NCBI RefSeq assembly: GCF_036321535.1
Contig: NC_087450.1
Span: 29,822,001-29,886,000, forward strand
DNA from: Camelus dromedarius
Taxonomy: Eukaryota
Direction of reading: 5' to 3'
DNA: 64,000 nt
Shown one piece after another: positions 34,861 through 45,090 of the stretch. Under the pieces are notes generated by a model, which saw only the letters and a program-made list of their open reading frames with translations, ran no database searches and was not told the DNA's origin. Made by a program: the position numbers and the translations under genes. Numbering within the stretch: position 1 is the stretch's first letter; each line of letters begins with the position of its first letter.

Positions 34861-37419
34861 CTTACCTAATTTTCCTGGATAACAAGACTGCCATTGTGAT
34901 TTCTTTTACAAAATACAGAAGGACATAGACAGAAACAGAGACTCTGAGAGAGAGAGAGGCTGTATCTGCTCAGGTGTCTTGCCTGAAGTTCTTAAAAATA
35001 GCAGAATCAAATGTTCTACAGTTGAAATGATAGCAGTCAAAGTGATTGGGCCAAAATATCCTACAAAGGAAAAGTTTTCTGGATGAAAAAAAAAAAGATC
35101 TAATCAGAGTTGAAATGTGTATATGAAGAACTAGAGAAGAGAAAGAAGAGGGCCATAGCATAAGCAAAGTGCTGGTAATTGGGCTGAGTATGGAGTACTT
35201 GGGGGATAAATAGGAAGTAGTAGAAGATGAGGCTGGAATGATTTGTTGGGAATCACCTAGAGCTTTAAATGGCAGCTTCAGGGTTTAAAGACTACATTTT
35301 TATAGCTTTGAAGGAACCATTGGAGACTGTGATCTAGGGACAGCAGTCATATGATCAGATCAAATGGGCATGATCAAGGGCAATGATGGGCAGGTGCAGG
35401 CAAGATGGACCAAAGCAGGGAGACATCTGAGATAGCAAGCCCCCATCCTTTGCAGGCTGTTGCAACAATTTAGGGCTGAGGTGAAGGCTTTGAGGATAGC
35501 CAGAGATATATTGATTCAGTGGGCAAAAGTAGCATTCATCATGGTGTTGGTTCCCCAAAGGACCAGTGCTTATGTTCAGGGAACTCATCATTTCCCTATT
35601 ATATAAATTGATTAGGTCATTCAGAGCCAAAATTGATGCCAGGGGTTTGCTACTAATCAAGCTAGAATAACAAGCTGGAGAACAAGGCCCTCAGCCAACT
35701 GGGCAAGGAGCAGGTCCAGAGGCACAGAACACTGCAGCAAAGCACTCTGTCCCTGCCCTGAGGGTCTGAGCAAAGAAAGCCGCTGAGAGTTCTGGCAATG
35801 CCCTTCAGCTGTATCTGGAGACTTCAGGGCCAACTCCTGGAGTGACACGTCTAGGACTTCTGTCAGCTGACCGGTCAAGTTGAATCCAGCCCTGGAGGTC
35901 CATATCTGGGCTGTTCCGCCTGTCTGCAGTAGCTTGTAGAGATGGCAGTATTGCAGGGATGGGGCAACAGGCTGGAGTGACACCAGTGGTGAGCCCAGGG
36001 GAGGCAAAGCCTTGGAGAGAATAGTTGAAGTGCATTATGCCAATAATAACAATAATTTGCAATGGCAATAATTTATGTTTGCATAAAGCTCCCATTTGCT
36101 CCAGAAAAAGGAGAAGGGGGCTCTATTTTCTCAGTGGATGAGATGTTCTCCCCTACACACAAAGGTTCCCTTGCCCCTTTCTGAGAAGATCACTGCAAAA
36201 CTAGCCACATGCCACCCAATATGAGTAAGGCTGGTTCTGACTTGGTGGTGGTGGAGTCTCTCCCATTTGTTCCTTCCCTAACACAAAGGAGAGTGCAGTT
36301 GGCTCCATCTATAAACTGCAGTAGAATTTCTAGGAAGTTCCAAGTCTCCAGTGCGCCCTGGTTTTGGAAAAGCAACATCCCAGGTCAGATGCCTTTTAGC
36401 CTCTCCACAGCTCTCTTGCTCCCCACCCCCACCCTCTGCCCTCCAGTCTTCATTTCGGGGCACGGGGTCAGAAGGACATGGTTTCCAGGCCTTGAAATGC
36501 TCAGTGAATGGTAGAGGTTTGTTAAGGAATCACACTGAGTCCTCTGGTGTTTAGAGGACTGACAATGCCGTTACTTTGGGTCTATCTTAGCTTGAGTATT
36601 TTCCATTATGGAGGTCAGATGGCCAGAGATTTGGAGTGGGGGCCAGTTCTGTACCTGTCACAGTTCACCCACCTAGGGTATCTAAGCAGTTTCCATCATT
36701 ATCTTTATTTTCTGTCGTCTGTATCGTCTCATCATCATCAGGGTCCCCCTCTCCTGTGGAAGCCGGACGGACAGAGAAGGGGCTGGTTGCTTTCTGTCTG
36801 TACCAAGGGCAGTCCTTGCCACAGAACTTAGGGACCGGGGAAATGCCGGCCAAGTCCAGCGTAGAAGCTCCCACAACAGAGCTGAGGCCCCGCGGAGGCG
36901 TTTCACTGTTGCGGCGGGGCGGAGGGGGCGACTATTACGCGCCCCACCACCCCCGCTACCTCCGGCGCTCGAGAGCGCAACCTTCCCGCCGCGGACCTGG
37001 GGCGGGGCGTGGCGGGGGGGGGGGAGCCAGCTAGTGAGCTCTCCGTACGCCTCCTCTACCCACCCTGCCACAGCCAGGTTCCTATCCAGGGTCCGCCACC
37101 CTGGGCTAGAGGGTCAGGGAGCTGGGGTGGCGAGCGGAGATCCAGCAGCCGGGTGGGCCTGAACGCTTCCTCCTCCCGTGGCACCTTGGTCCCCTACTCG
37201 AGCCTGACTCCTCCCCCGGCTCTATTCCGCAGAGTCTCCGCCCTGTCAGCACTCAGCTTCAGTGACTGCACCTGCCCGAGGGGTTGAAGGGACACTCGGG
37301 AGATCGAAAGGGAAACGGAGAGGGTTTTGGGAGCACAGCGCAGCAGGGTGACCGGCTCGTCCCACGCCGCGCGGGTCCCCGCGACCCCAGCGCCGCCCGC
37401 CCCGCGGCTGCGGCACCGA

Positions 37420-37440
37420 TGCGCTGTCCGCGGTGCTGAC
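37420..37440 (-). promoter_or_regulatory. RE1/NRSE (REST binding site)
   Basis: Minus strand GTCAGCACCGCGGACAGCGCA matches consensus TTCAGCACCACGGACAGCGCC at 18/21 with canonical spacing, ~1.1 kb upstream of the ATG. Confidence 0.85.
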
Positions 37441-38507
37441 GCCTACCGCCCGCTCGGTAGGAAGGGGGAGGAGACGCCCTCATTCCCTGGTCGCCCGGAG
37501 CCAAGTGATCCTACCCCCACTCCTAAGCGGGATTGTTTCCCCAAAGGAACCCTCAGAGACCTCGCGCTGTGGATGGATCCAGGAAGAAGAAGCGAGCAAG
37601 AGGGAACTTAAACTCAGGACTAGGGCCGGAGAACCCGGTGTCGGGGGATTAGCATCGTTTGGCCCCAGCACCTGAGACAGCAGGGCACCATCAAGTTGAG
37701 CAAAGTTTGGCGGCAGCCTGGAGATAAGGGAGCGATACTGGAGCCGAAGTGCTGGGAGGGGCTGGACTGGGTTCCCTGGCAGGGTGGTAGCCAACACCGC
37801 AGTCAGACACCTGCTTCGGTGCCCCGCATTAGTGCCACCAGAACGACTGAGAGGCGTCGCAGGAGCCCAACTCCCCACCCCTTCCCTCCCTTCCTTACTC
37901 CCCACCCCCCAACACCCCGCCCCGGGCGCCGGTGACTCCGCCTCTCTGTGCCGGGCGGCTCTCCGGCTGGAGCTGCAAAGGGAGCGCTTCCCCGGACTCC
38001 GCTCAGTTCCGAGGCTCCGAAGCCGACGCCGCCAGCTCAATCCCGGGGGCGGGAGCTGGACTGCCCGCAGAGCCAGCGCCCGGTAGTCGCCGAGCCAGGA
38101 ACGCCTCATGGGACGCCCCCGGGGTCTCTTTTCGTGCCCTAAAGCCGCGTCCCAGTCCTAGGCGCCCGGGCTCTACAGCCCGCCCCGCCCGCAGCTCGCG
38201 GCCTGCCTGGAGAGGAGTATGAGGCCCGGGGCCCCGCAGACGCCGGCCACAAGGCGGCAGGGGCCTAGCTTCAGACCCCCGCGCCCGAGGGCGGCGGTTG
38301 AGAAGCCGCGGGATCCGGCGAGGCGTCGGGGCGCGGAAAGGAGCGCTCCAGCTCCGGCGCCCGGAGGGCCGCGGGAACCGTGTGCGGCCTGAGCCCCAAG
38401 GAGGAGGCGGAGGCGCCCTGCCGTCCCGGCTCTGGAGGAGGCGGCGAGGGGCGCGGCAGCCCCCGACCCCTGGCCACCATCCTCACGCTTCTGCTCCCGC
38501 CGAGGGG

Positions 38508-38552
38508 ATGTCGCGGCCCAGGCCCCGAGCGCCGCCCCGGCCCTGGGGCTGA
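38508..38552 (+). other. Upstream ORF (14 aa, MSRPRPRAPPRPWG*) in the presumptive KCNK12 5' UTR
   Basis: ATG at 38508 (GGGG-ATG-T, -3 G), TGA at 38550-38552, out of frame with the main ATG and ending 10 nt before it. Assumes the TSS is upstream of 38508. Confidence 0.6.
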
Positions 38553-38562
38553 GCTCCGGACC

Positions 38563-38953
38563 ATGTCCTCCCGCAGCCCCCGGCCCCCGCCCCGCCGCTG
38601 CCGCCGCCGCCTGCCGCGCCCCTCCTGCTGCTGCTGCTGCTGCCGCCGCTCGCACCTCAACGAAGACACCGGCCGCTTCGTGCTGCTGGCGGCGCTCATC
38701 GGCCTCTACCTGGTGGCGGGCGCCACAGTCTTCTCGGCGCTCGAGAGCCCGGGCGAGGCGGAGGCGCGGGCGCGCTGGGGCGCCACTCTGCGCAACTTCA
38801 GCGCGGCGCACGGAGTGGCCGAGCCGGAGCTGCGCGCCTTCCTCCGGCACTACGAGGCCGCGCTGGCCGCAGGCGTCCGAGCCGACGCGCTGCGCCCACG
38901 CTGGGACTTTCCCGGCGCCTTCTACTTCGTGGGCACCGTGGTATCGACCATAG
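38563..38953 (+). CDS. KCNK12: KCNK12 (THIK-2, K2P12.1) coding exon 1: N-terminus, M1, cap and start of pore loop P1 (130 codons + 1 nt)
   Basis: ATG at 38563 (GGACC-ATG-T) gives MSSRSPRPPPRRCRRRLPRPSCCCCCCRRSHLNEDTGRFVLLAALIGLYLVAGATVFSALESPGEAEARARWGATLRNFSAAHGVAEPELRAFLRHYEAALAAGVRADALRPRWDFPGAFYFVGTVVSTI-G, which I recognise as THIK-2. It has the K2P M1 helix, the N78 NFS sequon and the WDFxGAFYFVGTVVSTIG pore helix. The exon ends at ATA G|GTGAGC (phase 1), splitting the TIG|FG selectivity filter. Confidence 0.97.
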
Positions 38954-40562
38954 GTGAGCGACGCGCCCCGCGCGCAACTTTCCTCTCTGAGCCTTTCACC
39001 TGCCGTCCCTTCCACTGCTCAGGGCTCTATCGGCGTCCCTCGCCTCCCTCTTCCCTTCTAATGCCCGGTTGCCTACTTTCATCTCGCCTGCTCCTCCCGC
39101 GCGTCCCCCTCCTCCTGCCCCATCTCTCTCTTTACTAGCTTTCAGCACAGGAGGTGGCCTGAGAGGCCCATCCCTGGCACTCACCCAGCAGCGACTGCCT
39201 GGCAGAGAGGCTAAATGGGGAGAACCCTCACTCAGGCGCTGGGCAGACCCGGGGCCACCCGCGCGCTCCAGCACTTGCCAGCTCGGTGACCTAACCTCGT
39301 GTGTCTCAGTTTTCGCTTCTAAAAAAGCACTTGGGAGAATATGTAACAAGGGCCTGCTGCTTCCTTCCTATTTCTCACACTCCCTGGTCCTCAGTTTCCT
39401 CATCCAGGTGATTTGGAAAGCCCTTCTTCTCTCCTCTCACAGCATTTTTATCTTCTCTCTCTTTCCCCCCACCTTCTCTCTTCTTTTACCACGCGTTTTC
39501 CCTAGAGTCTTCTAGCTCTTTTACCCTGAGGAAGGTGACCACTTTCCGCAGAATAATCCCTAGATCTCCTTCTCACTTTTTTCCTGCAGTCTACACCACG
39601 TCCTCCGGAAAGAAAAGCCTATTAGACTTGGAGAATAGGACCTCAGCCGTTCTTGTTCTGAGCCTCTCTTGCTTTTCTCCCCTTACTCCCTCCACCCTTC
39701 TGCAACTTCCCCTCCAATTTCTTGACCTCTCTTCTTTGTTACTTTGCTGTCTTTTCCAATCATGAACCCATTAGAGCTTATGATTTTGCAACCATACAAA
39801 AAATGCTGTGTATATATTCTTTGAAGCCCCCCACTCTTCCTTTCAGTCCTCTAAGCCTCTCCTGTAGAGATTCTGGAGCCACCACTGCTCCCCACTCCCC
39901 CCCTTCTTCTTATCCTCTCATCAACTTTTCCCATCCTCCCCTCCTTTTCCTGGGCCCTGGGAGTCATATGAAACAGACCTCCTCCCCAGTTGCTGTATAG
40001 AGTGCAGAATAAACACAATGTTTTCACTTTGGCAAGACTTTGTGTGTGTCCCATCCACTCCTGAGTCCCAGGGTGGAAGAAGGCACTTGGCTGGTGGTAC
40101 CTCTCATCACCCCAAGGCACTGTCTCTTGGTAGTAGTTTTGGAGGAGCAGGCTGGATTCACTGGGCTGAGAAGTGAGGGATTTCATAGACATACCTTCAT
40201 TGGGTAGGTTCTGGGCTGGTTTGGTGTGCCAGCTTAAAGACAGGGGCATGGACTAACTGACCAGTATAAGCCATTGCAGATGGCGGCTGGGAGGCAGAGA
40301 GAAAGATTGCATCCACGTGCAGAATATGAGCAGCTAGCTCTCTGAGAGTATATGTATAGTCTACGAAAGGGCTTCCGTTCAATGATTTTTCATGTGTCAT
40401 GTTTGATCTGATGACTTTAAATAGAAAAAGCAAATATGGCCCAGGTCCAAAGCACACACAAATTGGATAAAAATAACCTTTAAAAGCTATATCATGTTGT
40501 TATGGTGATTGAAGATATAAAATGACCCCCTTAAAAAAATCCCCTTTTAAGAGCTGCATCAA

Positions 40563-40576
40563 GTTGCTATAGCAAC
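40563..40576. promoter_or_regulatory. RFX X-box, perfect palindrome
   Basis: GTTGCTATAGCAAC fits the X-box consensus GTHNYY-AT-RRNAAC; the palindrome extends to 16 bp (40562-40577). Confidence 0.6.
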
Positions 40577-41067
40577 TGAACGGTTATTTTTTTTAAGTGC
40601 TTTAAAAGTACTAAAGATGCTAAGTCCTGGAAAATGACATCATACATTCATAGCTCATTATTGATTTGTGCTCTTCCTCTTGTAAACACACCCTTTTGCT
40701 CTCTTCCACCTAGAGGCACACCTGTGCATATATTGGGCAGTCACAGCATTTCTTTCCCAGTGGCATGTTCTGGCTTTGGCTTCCTAAAGGAACCCACAAA
40801 CTAAAAGGAAAGGTGATAGCAGTGTCCTCTTCCCCATCACGGCACGAGTGCATCCAAATGGGGCCTCATTCCAGTGACCTGTGGTCTCTGTGCATCTTTG
40901 ATAAACTCCCATCAATGTCTTCATTCACTGTCCAGCCACAGCTTTTAAAGCTTTTCTTAGCTCTTTGCACAAAATCAAGTCAGAGTGTTGGCAAATTGCC
41001 CTAAGCCCAACCTTTTAATCTCCTGGCAGAATTGGCCATTCTTCAGTCAAGCAGAAAGGAACTATGT

Positions 41068-41097
41068 TCTCTTTTCTTTTCTTTTCTTTTCTTTTTT
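41068..41097 (+). repeat. (CTTTT)n simple repeat
   Basis: CTCTTTTCTTTTCTTTTCTTTTCTTTTTT. Confidence 0.7.
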
Positions 41098-43859
41098 ATA
41101 TGTTCTCTTTCTTGATTTGTGTTTTGGGATGTAGGCAAGCAGTGTCAGAGGGCTACCCTGAAGCTTGTGGCTATATTACAAATGACCCAGCACATTGTTT
41201 CCAAAATCTGCTGCAGGGAGACGTGTATCTTCGAGAGGAGCTGCACTCAGGGATGAGAACCAGCCCATGGACAGCTCAGCACTGAACTGCTCTTTGCAGG
41301 GGTGCCAGGAGAGCCACATGAGAAGCAGTGTCTTTGTCAGTTATCCACCTGCTGTCGTGGTGTGGGGCAGTGGTTCAAATTGGTCACTTCTGTCAGTCAG
41401 AAAGGTTCTGCTGAATCCTGAAGTAGCCTGATGTTTATTTCAGCCTTCTTTGCAAAATGTATGTGAGTAAGATTTAAGTAAAGACCTACATACGTCAGTT
41501 TCTCTTCTGTTTATAGAGTTCCTTCCCCTCAAATGCCCTGAGTCTTCAGAGACAATTATTATTATTACTGGTGCTTTTATGGATTCAGCAGCTCAGGGAG
41601 CCAAAACTGAGTCCAAAATGGGCAGTCAGGATTCTCTATCTGCCACCTCACTCAGCAAAGAGGAAAATTAGCATGCACTCAGTTTTATTTGATCAGAGAT
41701 TATCATAGTGGGCATGGTACATGCAGCAATGTGGACATTTTTGTGTGTTGTACAGACCCAGCTAAATGATTTATCTGGGCTTTATTCATTCATCCCATAA
41801 ATATGATATATTGTGTTTATCAGGCCCGGGTGCTATATTTTGAAAGGTTAAAGGTTATTCTACAAGGCAAAGGTGAAGCATATTCCAATATGGGCAGTTG
41901 GATTGCAGTGTTCATAGGTACATCTTGGCTAGCCTCACTAATGAGGATTGGAACAAGGAGGGGTCCTTTGGTTCAATCCCATGTGGTGCAGTCTTAAGGG
42001 AACTGTCTCAGGTCATAGTTAATTGCATGTTCAGCTGGGTCCAGAATCTAAGTTTCACAGTGTTTATTCTACGAATTTCATTCATATAATTCATGGGCAC
42101 ATTCTTGTTTGAGACAGAAGTATTTAATAATAGGTATGTGTGTGTCCGACACCACAGCAGGGCTGTGGAGGAGGACTGGTCTGTTGGTCAGGCCAACAAC
42201 TGATTAAAACAAAGTTTTCCAGAGAAAACTTGAAGGATCAGACAAATCTTAGAAGTCAGACAGCATAGAAGCATCTAGCAAGTCTTAGACAGCTGGGAAG
42301 ACAAGAGCCAGTCCTAAGAAAATCAGAGACAGGAGTGCTAGCAAGTAGAAGACATTTGGGTAAACTCCAGTCCAAGGACAGAAGCCAGTTACTCTCTGTC
42401 TTCTTTTGCATCTATGTGTGTATATGTGTATGTGTGTATGTGTGTGTAGGGGAGGGTAAGGGGCAGGACTGGGCCTTCAGCTAGAGGTAGCCATAGAACA
42501 AAAGTTCAGTTGTGGCTGTGTGTACTTAGATGAAACATCATGATGAGGTGGAATATTTGTCCTGACATTTGAACAGGGCCCCATATCCAGAGCTAGGTAA
42601 TTTGCAACTATGTAGACATACAGGTGTGTCCACATGACACAGATCCAGGGGGAGGATTTGCCAGTGATTGTTCAGGCTGAATAGAAAGTCAGTCTGAATA
42701 GCTCAAGCAAAATGAAAATCTACTTTGTGGTCTAAATTATTCATACTGATTGCTTACACTGAACTGAAATCCTGGGCAATTATTATTTCTCCCATTTATG
42801 CTATGTGACATATTTCCAAGGGGTTGAAATCAAGTTTCTGTTAATGTAAATGCATCCATTTATTCATTCCTCCAGTTAACAAAATCCAAGACAAGCATAA
42901 CTCATAACCATGTATGTGTGGCCTTTGGCATGTTGTTATCTGCCTCTCCTGTAATTCCATGAATTCCTGAAGACAGTGGCTTGTGTTCTTTTAGTACTAA
43001 ACAGTATTCTTGGAGGCAGTCTCTAGCTCAGATATTCAAACAATCCAAAGAGTATTAATCTATCATTTCACATCCTAAAGGATGCTTTATTGGCTTACTT
43101 TGAAAAGATTAAAAGGAAACTCGCTACTGGGTTTTAATTATGCAACTGCTGTCAGACTTACACATAGGGAGGAACATATTTAAAAGTCTTTCTCAAATGG
43201 CAGCTTGATATAAACAGAAATATTTTTCCTTCCTTTTATTAGGTTTTCTGGCAGCATATTTTAGCTAAAAAGCTAAAACCATGCCGCTATAGACGGGATG
43301 GTGTAGGTATAAGAGATGTCACTTTTGGCACTGCATAATTTAGCTTGCTACTTTCAGAATTAAGCATATTTAATTATTCAACTGCAAGATTAGTAACAAG
43401 TCCTAACTTTTTTCTTCTTTTTTAACATGGATTTTAAAAAACTTTTTTGCTTCAGAGGAAACTAAGACATTAGAAGACCGAAATGTCACTAGCACATTTA
43501 TATTCGGTTTTCTTTTGACATGTATGTAATCCAGCTGAAGGTGGCTCGGATAACAGGAGTGAAATACGTTACCCAGAAGGAGAGGAGCATGCTTCCTCGC
43601 TTATTCCTCTCATCAGGTATTTTTTATTGGAAGATGATGGCATGACAACTCTGAAGGACATTTAGGGGGGAAAATCCATCATTAGATGGAGAGCAAGGAA
43701 ATGTATTCTCATTCACTGCTCTGTCCTCAACACCCAGCACTGGACCCAGTAAACTCTCAATAATTATAATAACTCATAATACTCTGCCCTTACACAACTG
43801 TTTTCATTTTTGCAAGTTCCCCTGCAGTTCTCTGTCATATCTTTTGTAGGTTAAAAAAA

Positions 43860-44170
43860 AAAAAAAGGAACAAATTGACAAGTGCTGAGCTGCTTTTGAT
43901 AACATTATATCATCAGTGTTGTTTCCATATTGCCACATACCTTCACATATTCATTTTAGTAGGTGCATAATATTCTATCTAATCGATGTTCTGTAATTTG
44001 CTACCCCGATTGCTGGGTAGCTGGGTGTGGTTCCCAGTTTGGGGGGCTATTTTGAGTAATGCCACAGTGCTTATCTTTATGCAGATGACCTTGTCTTTCT
44101 GCAGTATCTCCTTGGGTTGAATTCCTATGGGTGAAATTGCTAGTCAGTGGACACTGCCATCTTTACGGCT
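43860..44170 (-). mobile_element. L1ME-like 3' UTR fragment
   Basis: TTTTAGTAGGTGCATAATATTCTAT...TTCCCAGTTTGGGGGGCTATT...GAATTCCTATGGGTGAAATTGCTAGTCA. Confidence 0.5.
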
Positions 44171-45070
44171 CTTGTGGCCAGCCCCTTTGTAGTGAAGGAC
44201 TGTCTGGTCTCTCCTAAGATGAGCCTACAACCTCTACAAAACCTAGAAGAGACTGGACAGTTACCCAGCTAATTGCACCAGGGAAACAGGCCACAGGTTC
44301 ACTTGGTTTTCTCCAGGATTGCACTCAGTCCTAGGGGCTAAGCTGCCCCCAGAACGAGGCTGTGGCTTCAGCGCCTTCAGCCTCCCTTGCTTTAAAGAGA
44401 GCCACTTCCCTTGGGAAATTTTGGGTGAGTGGAGAAGGGCAGGAAGGGAAACAGGAACAGCTGCCCGGCCATCAAAGACAGAGAGCAGGTACCTGGACCC
44501 TCTTCCCTCCTGTCCCCTGCACTCCCAGGGATGACTGCCACCACTCCTGGGCCAAGCCAGCTGAGGGAGAGCATTCTTCCCTTTGGTCTTGACTGTGCCC
44601 AAGGACCCCAGCCTGGATTGGCCCAGAATTGTGTCACATGGAACAGAGAACTATCTCTAGAGCATTCCAGCTGGATAGCACCTTAAAAATCCTCCAGAAC
44701 TTTCCCCAAGCATTTAGACCATTTTGTCAACCAAAGCCAACAAGCAGCCCATTACAGAAAACAGACAGCAGCCCAGCTGCTCTAATTTGGGGTAGGGGCC
44801 GGCCCATCAGGCCTCTTCTTGGATGTCATGCACTCGCCGAATGCTTCTCTGAGGAGCCCTAGAGCTCCTCAAGACCAACCTGAAGAGGGCTAACTTAGCC
44901 TTGATCCTCATTTTACATAGGTTCAGAGAGGGAGAGAGGTTGTCCAAGGTTGCACAAGTCAGAGGGGCATTTGCCGAGAGCTGGAGCTGACCCAGGACCT
45001 GCCTGTGTGGATTCTGAGGTACTTGAGCTTTCACTGCCTTGGAAGAGTTTCCTGAATACTACTGAATCTT

Positions 45071-45090
45071 CACACACACACACACACACA
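45071..45090 (+). repeat. (CA)10 microsatellite
   Basis: 20 nt perfect CA repeat. Confidence 0.9.

Larger units (their letters stand above)
36880..39310. promoter_or_regulatory. KCNK12: CpG island spanning the KCNK12 promoter, 5' UTR and exon 1
   Basis: Abrupt rise in GC and CpG density relative to CpG-depleted flanks. GC boxes (GGGGCGGGGC at 36999-37008; CCGCCCCGCCC near 38180). No obvious TATA box. TSS cannot be fixed from sequence alone. Confidence 0.9.

Noticed and set aside
1-36000. Numerous 60-160 aa ORFs upstream of KCNK12
   Set aside because: No recognisable protein families other than L1 remnants, many non-AUG starts, many overlap repeats; consistent with chance ORFs.
38173-39015. 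280-aa antisense ORF and other Arg/Gly/Pro-rich ORFs across the CpG island (36.6-39.5 kb)
   Set aside because: Shadow frames of GC-rich and coding DNA where stops are rare; low complexity, no recognisable domain.
38380-39138. 252-aa ORF-track entry taken as the full KCNK12 protein
   Set aside because: It starts at a GTG 61 codons upstream of the recognised Met and reads through the splice donor at 38954; residues after STIG are intron translation.
41259-41278. Second RE1-like site (CAGC-CCATGGACAGCTCA)
   Set aside because: Right half matches, but the left half is degenerate with a 1-nt deletion; too weak without ChIP data.
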